Shown here piece by piece: positions 20,251-28,420 of a stretch of DNA of 36,480 bases. Within the stretch, counting starts at the first letter, position 1. Every line of letters begins with the position of its first letter. The DNA lies in assembly GCA_027451365.1 (NCBI GenBank), contig DAIDJN010000037.1:1-36480 (forward strand), given 5' to 3'. The translations under genes and the position numbers were made by a program. A model generated the notes under the pieces. The model had not been told where the DNA came from, searched no databases, and saw only the letters and a list, made by a program, of their open reading frames with translations. This DNA is from Phycisphaerales bacterium. Its GTDB lineage: Bacteria; Planctomycetota; Phycisphaerae; WQYP01.

Positions 20251-20372
20251 TGAGCGCAGCGCCGCCCCGAATCGCGTCTCATTGAGCCAGGAGGCGAAAT
20301 CCCGGTGCGGCAGGAGCCGCACATCGGGATTGAATCGCGGCGCTGCCACCCATCGGGATTGAAGCGCAGCGC
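20247..20372 (+). repeat. Hairpin cluster between mazF and the HNH gene
   Basis: TCATTGAGCGCAGCGC (same as the block 2 end), ATCGC-GTCTCATTGA at 20271-20285, two CATCGGGATTGA, terminal GAAGCGCAGCGC. Confidence 0.85.
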
Positions 20373-20448
20373 TGCGGCGGCCGTCTCTTCTCGCATTATT
20401 AATAACGCGGTACAATGCTCATATTATCGTAAATGGAGCCGTTAACAC

Positions 20449-21366
20449 TTGCCAAAGCGCCCGCCAATTCCCGCTGATGTGAAACGATCCGTGAGGAAAC
20501 GGTGCGGCTACGGTTGCATCATTTGCGGCAAGCCAATCTACGAGTACCACCATATAGAGGGATTCGTTGAAAAGATCGGGCACGTAGAATCCGAAATCAC
20601 AATCCTATGCGACACCTGCCATCGTAAAACAACGAACGGCATTTTTTCTCGCGACGCAATAGTCGCCGCTGACACAAACCCATTCAATCGGAGGCGCAGC
20701 ACCCCCGATGTCGTCTGGATGCATTACGGTGGAAACTGTCAGGTCGTGCTCGGAAACAATGTCGTCGAATTTGCCGAAATGCCCAGCGCGGCTGCCCTAG
20801 TAATGGACGGCAACCCTATCTGTTTCATGGAAAAAGAGGACGATTATTGGCTCTTAAGTCTTAAAATCTACGACGAGCATGACCGGCCGCTGCTCGCGGT
20901 CAGCAGCAACGAGCTAATTTACCGAACAAGCGATGTCGAAGACGTATGCTACCAAGGGGGAGTACTCACAATACGTCGCAATGGAAGAATTTGCTTCCGC
21001 GCAGGATTCAAGCCACCGGCATTGAGGATCATGGAGGCCGAGACGTGGTGGAATGGCATCCATCTAAATTTAACTGCCGACGGCCTCTTAATAAATCAGC
21101 GACCAGCCTTGGATAACTGCAAAGCTGTTAATTGCAGCGTGGCATTTATCGTTGGCAGGGATCCTTTCGCTTGGGGGTGCGGCGCAAGGCTCGGAGCGCC
21201 TACCCGCCTAATTTATCTATTGGGTAACGACGAGCTGTCGCCCTTCCCCGAGGACCTAATACCAATCAAGCCGTGGGAGTCAGCAGGCGAGCTATTCGAC
21301 CGACCGGCGCACACCGCAGCGTGCGCTCAGCAAGGCTTCACCTTCTTCATTTCACTCCCATTTTAG
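20449..21366 (+). CDS. HNH endonuclease with uncharacterised C-terminal beta-rich domain
   Basis: RPPIPADVKRSV...CIICG...EYHHI...H...ITILCDTCH (Zn-binding HNH). TTG start with GGAG upstream and TACAAT at 20411-20416. Confidence 0.8.
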   Translation: MPKRPPIPADVKRSVRKRCGYGCIICGKPIYEYHHIEGFVEKIGHVESEITILCDTCHRKTTNGIFSRDAIVAADTNPFNRRRSTPDVVWMHYGGNCQVVLGNNVVEFAEMPSAAALVMDGNPICFMEKEDDYWLLSLKIYDEHDRPLLAVSSNELIYRTSDVEDVCYQGGVLTIRRNGRICFRAGFKPPALRIMEAETWWNGIHLNLTADGLLINQRPALDNCKAVNCSVAFIVGRDPFAWGCGARLGAPTRLIYLLGNDELSPFPEDLIPIKPWESAGELFDRPAHTAACAQQGFTFFISLPF

Positions 21367-22074
21367 CCGCGGACGACAATATAACGTTTCCGTATCGCGA
21401 ACCGCTTGTCTGCGTGAACTCATAATGCGCTCATCTATCGCCGCCGCAAGCACAACGGGGACGGCGATGAACCCCAAGCAGTAACTCGCCAGGACATCGC
21501 ATCCGGCGTCCCGCACGCTATTGCCTGCCAGCCCGGCGGCCAAAAATAGTCCGCCGACGCCGCAGAAACAACGGCGTGCTTCTCATGCACGCCTATTATC
21601 CAAATCCGGAAATAATAGAGTAGACGCAGTTCGTAATACGGACACGGTCTTCATGTGCTTTCGTCCTCGGTTAAGGGTTTGATCGCCGTCCTGCGATTGA
21701 GCGTCTCACCCGGCTGGCGGCCGGTAGGCCGCGCGTCGATGCCGTCGCCACCGTTACCTGCCATGTTTTATTCGCTGACCATTACCGGTTTCGGCCCATC
21801 GCGTCTGGCATTTTGCCGATCATCAGGCGAATCCATTTTATTAGCGCTTGACGAAGGTGGCAAATTGGATCGCGATCACAGCCGACGGGATGCTGGCACT
21901 GGAAGCCTTGCATCAGAGTGACCTTTGGCAAACCTACTGGAAATCCAAGTTTAAACCTGCCGCCTGAAAATTTGCCAGAATCGCCCAGAATTGACTTTTC
22001 ATGGCCGCAACTTCTGTTACAATGCCAAATTCGGCTTTTGGGCAGGAAGGCCGACTTAGAAAGGACCATTTTCC

Positions 22075-23124
22075 ATGAACCAGATCTCCGGTGAGATATT
22101 TGATATTACAATTCTTGGCGGAGGCCCAGTCGGTCTTTATGCCGCATATTACGCCGGTCTGCGCCACATGAAAACGAAAATTATTGATTCCCTGGACCAG
22201 TTGGGCGGTCAACTGGCGACGCTTTATCCGGAAAAATATATTTTTGACGTAGCCGGTTTCCCCAAAGTTATTGCTCGCGACCTGGTTAAGAATTTAATAG
22301 AGCAGGGCCTGCAATATAATCCGTCGGTCTGTCTGAATGAAACCATCGCCGACCTGCGGCGCGATGACGCCCGCGACTGCTATGTTGTGACCTCTGCACA
22401 GGGGGAACATGCGACGCGTACACTCTTGATCTGTGCTGGTGCGGGGGCATTCCAACCTCGCAAATTGCCGATACCGGCGGCGGCATCCTTGGAAGGTCGC
22501 GGAATTCACTATTTTGTGGGTAAAAAATCCGCATTCGAGAATAAACGACTTTTGATTGTCGGTGGCGGCGACTCCGCACTGGACTGGGCGATGAATCTGC
22601 ATGGCATCGCGGGTGAAATCACCATTATCCATCGACGTAATCAATTCCGCGCGCACGAGGACTCCGTTCGAAAGGTTCAGAGCGCGGGAATACCAATTCT
22701 GACATTTTGGGAATTAAAAGAGGTCCTTTCGACCGATAATAAATTAAGCGGCGTGGTCATATATCATAACCAGACCAAGGAAGAGCGCTCGCTGGCAATT
22801 GATGCGATTCTTCCGCAGCTCGGATTTATCAGCTCGCTGGGTGCACTAAAGCAATGGCCCCTGAAAATTGAAGGGCAGTCCATCATGGTGGATCAAAAAA
22901 TGCAAACCAACATGAAAGGCATTTTTGCCGCCGGCGATGTGGCAGGATTTGATGGAAAACTGAAGCTGATTGCAACGGGGTTCGGCGAAGCGGCGACAGC
23001 TGTGAATTTTGCTAAAACGCTGATTGATCCCAAAGCCAAGGCTTTTCCTGGCCATAGCAGTGAAATGAGTCCGCAAACGGTTGCCACGGTTGAAGTTGGC
23101 CCGTCTGCAACTCTGGGCGTATAA
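22075..23124 (+). CDS. Ferredoxin--NADP+ reductase, TrxB-like (YumC type)
   Basis: GGGPVG, GGQLATLYPEKYIFDVAGFP, GGGDSALDWA, HRR, GIFAAGD, KLKLIATGFGEA and PGHSS; lacks the TrxB CxxC. Confidence 0.9.
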   Translation: MNQISGEIFDITILGGGPVGLYAAYYAGLRHMKTKIIDSLDQLGGQLATLYPEKYIFDVAGFPKVIARDLVKNLIEQGLQYNPSVCLNETIADLRRDDARDCYVVTSAQGEHATRTLLICAGAGAFQPRKLPIPAAASLEGRGIHYFVGKKSAFENKRLLIVGGGDSALDWAMNLHGIAGEITIIHRRNQFRAHEDSVRKVQSAGIPILTFWELKEVLSTDNKLSGVVIYHNQTKEERSLAIDAILPQLGFISSLGALKQWPLKIEGQSIMVDQKMQTNMKGIFAAGDVAGFDGKLKLIATGFGEAATAVNFAKTLIDPKAKAFPGHSSEMSPQTVATVEVGPSATLGV

Positions 23125-23309
23125 AGGCGTATGGGAAAGGAGGATAAAGGGCTGCTGTGTGTCGCAAAGATGAATTGCGATAATTTGACTTTGCGGCCAA
23201 TTCAACGATTCGCGGGACTGTGCATAAGCCGGGAATCGGGTTACAATTATGACAGGTGCTGTGGCTCCACGAATTGCGCGGAATGGATGCTGCCATTCGA
23301 CTGGTAAAA

Positions 23310-24203
23310 ATGAAGAAGACTGGATTGACAACCTTGAAGATGCTCGGCGTGGTGGCATTGGCTGCTTCGTTGGTATCGGTTTGGCCAGGCTGCAAAGGCA
23401 GCTCAACCACGGGCGGTGGTTCAGGTGACAGCGCAGTGGGCAATCAAGGTTCAGGCGCGGTATCGGCGCTGATAGCCAGCCCCGGTGCCAATGCGACCTC
23501 TGCAATGACAAATCCGACCACCAGCCCCTTCTGGAGCCACCAAGCAAAATTAAGTGTCAACACCCAGTCCCATTATCCGCCCGCTGGAACTCAAACAAAG
23601 TTGGCCACCGCTTACGGCAAAAGAGATATTTATATTTCCCTTATCAATACCGGCCGTGGTCCCTGGTACAAGCCCGGGGCGGCCCCAGGGTCACTTTGGC
23701 GCCGCGACTGCGTACAAGTTTGGCTGGATACTTCGCGACGGCAGAACGGCACGAATTTTTATGAAATCACGATTGCTCCCGATGGCCAGGTGAATCAGGT
23801 CTGGCATCGGTCCAGCACGCCGCCAGCACCAGATTCCAACGGCCAGATAAATTTACTTCAGCCGTACAGCCTGATTCCATGGAATGCCAAGGGATTGCAG
23901 GTTAAAACATTTCACGGAATCTATCATGGGCAGCCATCTTGGAATGTGGTGGTCCGCATTCCACTCAACAGTCTGCCGCGTCCATTGCGTGTAACGCCGC
24001 GGCCAAACGAACGGTTGCGTGCCAATGTGATCCGTTACGTCTGGCAGCCCGTCGGCGATTCGTCCAAACGCCGTCTGGTACAATTCAATCTTTTTCCAGT
24101 TGCGAAGGAATATCAGGCAATGGCACCCTATTGTATGGGGCGGCTTATTTTGTCACCGCCAGATCAGGGAAATCTGACCTTGGCACCTGCGCCAAACCCA
24201 TAA
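23310..24203 (+). CDS. Probable lipoprotein with CBM9-like/DOMON sugar-binding domain
   Basis: Signal peptide ending WPGC, G/S/T linker, then LWRRDCVQVWLD...FYEITIAPDG...WNVVVRIPLNSL...RANVIR. Confidence 0.65.
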   Translation: MKKTGLTTLKMLGVVALAASLVSVWPGCKGSSTTGGGSGDSAVGNQGSGAVSALIASPGANATSAMTNPTTSPFWSHQAKLSVNTQSHYPPAGTQTKLATAYGKRDIYISLINTGRGPWYKPGAAPGSLWRRDCVQVWLDTSRRQNGTNFYEITIAPDGQVNQVWHRSSTPPAPDSNGQINLLQPYSLIPWNAKGLQVKTFHGIYHGQPSWNVVVRIPLNSLPRPLRVTPRPNERLRANVIRYVWQPVGDSSKRRLVQFNLFPVAKEYQAMAPYCMGRLILSPPDQGNLTLAPAPNP

Positions 24204-24357
24204 TTCATGCAGAATTAAATTTTGAATATTCAGTGACTTTGCCATTTGCGGTCGTTCGTCGATCGACTGGCTATACCGCTACCGGGTTGGGGTGATACCT
24301 CGCAGACAGATCATGCGCGGCAGCGAAAACGGGCCGCCATCACGGGTGATGCGTATC

Positions 24358-25926
24358 CTAAAAATTTTTATCAATAGCCGTGTGTAACCTATCTGCTCCC
24401 GGCGCGGCATCCACACTCAGGGCTGCTCCGGCGCTTCCTGGCGCACCAGCGGCCTGAATTTCCAAAGGCATACCCATTTCCAGAGGATAGTCTGAAACCA
24501 ATTGCAAAAGGGCGTCTGTGGCCTGGCTGGAGGAATCCAGCATGGCCACAACCGTACCGCCGCCGCCGCTGGCACTTATACGGGCACCAAAGACCCCCGC
24601 CGCCGGTCCAGCCTGCATCAGACGGTTGACCAGCCAATCCGCCTGAGGACATGAAAGCCCCAGTCGCAGGCGATAACTGTGCTGGGAGGCCAGCAGCAAC
24701 CGGCCTGCGCGTTGTAGAACTAGCCGCCGCTGCCGCCCTTCCGGCGACCCGGGAACGACGGCCGCCCTGACGCTGGCGATTGATGCTGCGGGTTCAGAAA
24801 GGTCTTCCATGGCCTGGAGAAAGTTTTCCGCGTGTTCACGTTCCGATACCAGATGGTCGACCGCGGCGCGAACGCGATAAATTTCACCCGGCAGAATCAG
24901 CCCGGCCTCCGGTGAAAGCTCGCCATAGGAACGGAGAAAATCGCTGCCACGCAGCCGGCGCGGCAGCAGAGATCTGAAATATCTGCGATACAGTTCAGGG
25001 GATGTATTGCCCAGGTATCCATGCAATGGATTATGAATACGACCCAGGTCGCGATAAATCGTTTCCATAATTCGCAGGCCCATGTCACCGGCCAGCCGCA
25101 GGGCAAGCACTGTCTCGCCACTGCGCTTGGCGGAAATTCCCGTGTTCAATGCAAACAGTCGCACATCAGCGGGAAGCGGAATCTGGCCCATTAAATTGTG
25201 CGGCTGGGCGGAATATCGCAGGAGATGGGCGGGTGGACCATCCAGTGCGCACAAAATGGTGAGCGCATCGACCACGTGCCCGCTGGAGGGGCCGAACAGG
25301 CTTTCCGCCCGTTGAATTAAAACGGCTTTTTCCAGTGTGGAAAGGTTTAATTGTGCCGCCCGGCTGATGACCTGAAGCAGCGCCGCGGTAATAGCCGTGG
25401 AACTTCCTTGGCCTGCGTGCATGGCGATATCTGAATCAATGACAATCGTGGCACCGCGCATCTGCGGAATGTTGGACCGCGACAGCCCCGCGGCCAGCGA
25501 AGGCGCATAATGTCCATCTTTCGCCAGCAGGTAAAACAAACCAGTGAAGGGCAACGTCCACCAGCCTGCAGGTCCGATGCGCGTGACCAGTCGCTGCGGT
25601 TCAGGCAGAGCGTGGCCCGTGGCCGGAAATAGATCATCGGCTGAAAAGCGAATCATGGCATTTGCGGACGTGGAATCAGATGAGCCGAATAATCCTGGAA
25701 TTGTGCGGGCGGCATAAAACACCAGTTGGCCGTCGCTCCGGGGACTGAACGCAACGGCGGCGCGGCGCGGTAGGGCCATATGGGCCACCACTCCACCCGC
25801 CTCGCTGGAAAGCCCGCCAATGATATCCACTCGGCCCGGTGCGCTTTGCACATCGGATGGCCGCGCGCCTTCAATGGCGGCCGCGTGGGCGGTTGTGCGT
25901 TGAATAATGTTTAGAGCGCTGGACAT
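24358..25926 (-). CDS. GHMP-family sugar kinase (galactokinase/arabinokinase-like, divergent)
   Basis: APGRVDIIGG, SDIAMHAGQGSSTA (ATP loop) and GVFGARISASGGGGTV. Confidence 0.78.
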   Translation of the reverse strand: MSSALNIIQRTTAHAAAIEGARPSDVQSAPGRVDIIGGLSSEAGGVVAHMALPRRAAVAFSPRSDGQLVFYAARTIPGLFGSSDSTSANAMIRFSADDLFPATGHALPEPQRLVTRIGPAGWWTLPFTGLFYLLAKDGHYAPSLAAGLSRSNIPQMRGATIVIDSDIAMHAGQGSSTAITAALLQVISRAAQLNLSTLEKAVLIQRAESLFGPSSGHVVDALTILCALDGPPAHLLRYSAQPHNLMGQIPLPADVRLFALNTGISAKRSGETVLALRLAGDMGLRIMETIYRDLGRIHNPLHGYLGNTSPELYRRYFRSLLPRRLRGSDFLRSYGELSPEAGLILPGEIYRVRAAVDHLVSEREHAENFLQAMEDLSEPAASIASVRAAVVPGSPEGRQRRLVLQRAGRLLLASQHSYRLRLGLSCPQADWLVNRLMQAGPAAGVFGARISASGGGGTVVAMLDSSSQATDALLQLVSDYPLEMGMPLEIQAAGAPGSAGAALSVDAAPGADRLHTAIDKNF

Positions 25927-26200
25927 AACGCTGTATCATAAACAAATACAAGCCTCGCCTCCAGTGATACGCCATAGACCGGCCAACCAAAACGGGCCAC
26001 CGCCCTGCAGGCTCGGTCAGAAAGGCGGCAGATTTTAATGGAACGCCGATGTTTGGGCGGAATACTGATCGGGACGATTCAGATACAGAATTCAGTGGCG
26101 CAGCGGGCGGAAGGACCCTGTCTGGGCGGAATCTGGCCACGATTTAATTATCTGTGGCAGAAAAGGCGGCGCCGCCCCACCAGCATGAACATTCCCCATA

Positions 26201-26659
26201 TTAATGGGCATCATCGGCAAGCGGCTTTTCAAACTGTATCAGCAGATCACTGCGCATGGAATCCCAGCGGGTCCCGACAATATCATAACCTACCGCCAAG
26301 GCCAGATGCACCATCGCCTTGTGCCGATTAAGGGCTTCAAACCGGGAATATTCATAGCCATGGGTTTTAGCCCATTCATGATGCGATTCCATAAGCTGGC
26401 GGCCGATTTTCTGACCGCGTAAATCAGAATGCACGCCGACCAGCCAGGTGTAGAAAACGCCCGGCTTAAGTTCAAAGCCGATATTAAATCCGACGGGTCG
26501 GTTATCCAGCGAGGCCAGCATGACCAATACGTTATAGCGGCCCTGAAACCGGCGACGAAAATAATTTTCGTTTTCAGGCGGACGAAAAACCTGATTATAC
26601 AGATCCACGATCATGGGCAACTGTGTTTCTGTTATAATGGAGATATCTGCCTGGGCCAT
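26201..26659 (-). CDS. GNAT-family N-acetyltransferase
   Basis: WLVGVHSDLRGQKIGRQLM acetyl-CoA motif, then N...M...GY. Confidence 0.88.
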   Translation of the reverse strand: MAQADISIITETQLPMIVDLYNQVFRPPENENYFRRRFQGRYNVLVMLASLDNRPVGFNIGFELKPGVFYTWLVGVHSDLRGQKIGRQLMESHHEWAKTHGYEYSRFEALNRHKAMVHLALAVGYDIVGTRWDSMRSDLLIQFEKPLADDAH

Positions 26660-26827
26660 ACGCCATTTTCCATAAAGTCACAATTCTATCCGCAATGCAG
26701 CCGCGGACAGTTCAATGAACATCATATACCAATTCGCAAGAAATTTCCCATATCTGCCAAACCGCAGGACCCTAGCGGACGACAATTCGGAGGCCAAACC
26801 AAGCATTTCCCGCGGTCACATCAGCCG

Positions 26828-27508
26828 TCAGGTGCGGCGGCGCAGCAAAATGGTGGCACCACCTTTAACCATTTGTCCGACATGCACCAGCGTTTCCCAG
26901 TTTTCAGGATGGGGAACAATGAGTTCCGTCCTACTGCCGAATGCGATCATGCCAAATCTCTGGCCCCGCAACAGACGATCATTTGGCCAGAGCGGCGCGA
27001 TAATGCGCCGCGCAATGGCACCGGACACCTGGCGGAGCACCGCTACAGGTTCACCGTCGGCCGTCTGGCTGACACCGCGCAACACAATCAGGTTGGCCTC
27101 ATTGCGCTGTCCGCTTTGCGGGTGGCGCGCATCCAGAAATTCGCCGGGCGTGTAACGCGTGGAATCTACCACACTATCGCATGGGGAGCGGTTAATATGC
27201 ACATCCAGCACGCTTAGGAATATTCCAACGCGAATCGCGGGGCCGCCCAGATTGTCATCATGGTCCAGACGGGTAATTTCTGTAACTTTACCATCCGCCG
27301 GCGACACCATAATGCCCGCTTCTGTTGGAACCCGTCGAGGCGGATCACGAAAAAAAGCCATGCAGGCCAGTGTCAGGAGAAGAGTTAATGCAGCCAGAGG
27401 CAGGCATAGCGCCGCGATTGCCAGGGTGGCAATGGAACCCGCAACCAGCATGGGCAACCAAAAGGTCCAGCCAAACAGCGATAGCGGAAACCATGGTAAC
27501 GGCTTCAT
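26828..27508 (-). CDS. psd: Phosphatidylserine decarboxylase proenzyme (short type)
   Basis: FFRDPPR, VSPADGKV, IFLSVLDVHINRSP, RNE, GAIARRI and FGSRTEL self-cleavage motif. Confidence 0.92.
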   Translation of the reverse strand: MKPLPWFPLSLFGWTFWLPMLVAGSIATLAIAALCLPLAALTLLLTLACMAFFRDPPRRVPTEAGIMVSPADGKVTEITRLDHDDNLGGPAIRVGIFLSVLDVHINRSPCDSVVDSTRYTPGEFLDARHPQSGQRNEANLIVLRGVSQTADGEPVAVLRQVSGAIARRIIAPLWPNDRLLRGQRFGMIAFGSRTELIVPHPENWETLVHVGQMVKGGATILLRRRT

Positions 27509-28188
27509 GAATGCCCACTCGCGGAGGAACCATGTTTGGCTAGCCGCATGACTTGCGGATTGGGCTGCGGAACGAATACTCCGGCCTGCCCAAGGATAGA
27601 AATAAGTGAACCATCTACCACGAATCCCTTGAATTGGCCGTTAAGAATCTGAAAAAATGGATAACCCATAACTCCCGGAGCATTGCGGGGGGCGCCGTCA
27701 AACAGGAATTTGATTCGTGTGCCCCCAGGGAGAACACCGCGAATCCGATGCGAATATGCGGCCGGGTTCTGATAATAGCTTTGCAGAGAAAGCGGGCTCC
27801 CAATCGGCCCCAGCGGATCGCCAATGTAATCAAGATAATAACGTGACCATGCATCAGGCGGAATCAATCCGTTTTTCCCTATGCCGCCGCTGGCCCGCCC
27901 TTGGGCGGGTGAATGGCTCATGATGGTCCGCGGTTTAATCCAGATCAGCACCGGTTGGGTAAGCGTAAAGACCTGCCCGGCGCGATAGCCCGGACCACTG
28001 GCGACCGCTGGCAGTTTATAGCCAGGAAAACTGCCTGAAGGCGGATTCGGACTGGAACAACCCGCCAGAACCAAGGCGGCAAGGGTGATAGCTGCCCGCA
28101 GAGCAGTTCCCATGCGGCAGCGTACCGCGTGTGTTGTCGATCCAATTTGGGAATCATACCTCTGCCGTTCCTGACTTAAGTGAATCAT
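27505..28188 (-). CDS. Hypothetical lipoprotein
   Basis: Lipobox LAALVLAGC; stop overlaps the psd start (ATGA). The start could instead be 28113. Confidence 0.65.
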   Translation of the reverse strand: MIHLSQERQRYDSQIGSTTHAVRCRMGTALRAAITLAALVLAGCSSPNPPSGSFPGYKLPAVASGPGYRAGQVFTLTQPVLIWIKPRTIMSHSPAQGRASGGIGKNGLIPPDAWSRYYLDYIGDPLGPIGSPLSLQSYYQNPAAYSHRIRGVLPGGTRIKFLFDGAPRNAPGVMGYPFFQILNGQFKGFVVDGSLISILGQAGVFVPQPNPQVMRLAKHGSSASGHS

Positions 28189-28420
28189 GTCTGTTTACCT
28201 TCAAAAAAAAAGGAGCACCCGTCAACTGAGTCATCACGGATCGCCCGTTATGCCACTACTCTAATGCGAACAGTGATTTCAACCAAGTCGCGGCACGCCG
28301 GCCCAGGGGTGCGCGGCCCGAGAAAAACAGCAGGGAACCAACAATGGTCCCATAAACCAGCCGACGGGCTGTATAACCCTAACCGGCAACCGGCGCACAA
28401 TTTAACCCGGCCCGAGGTTG

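Noticed and set aside
18950..20400. Integron attC sites or rho-independent terminators
   Set aside because: No RYYYAAC...GTTRRRY boxes and no integrase; the hairpins lack adjacent T tracts.
21352..21930. Short ORFs after the HNH gene
   Set aside because: Interrupted by stops, with no convincing starts or motifs; possibly decayed DNA but not assignable.
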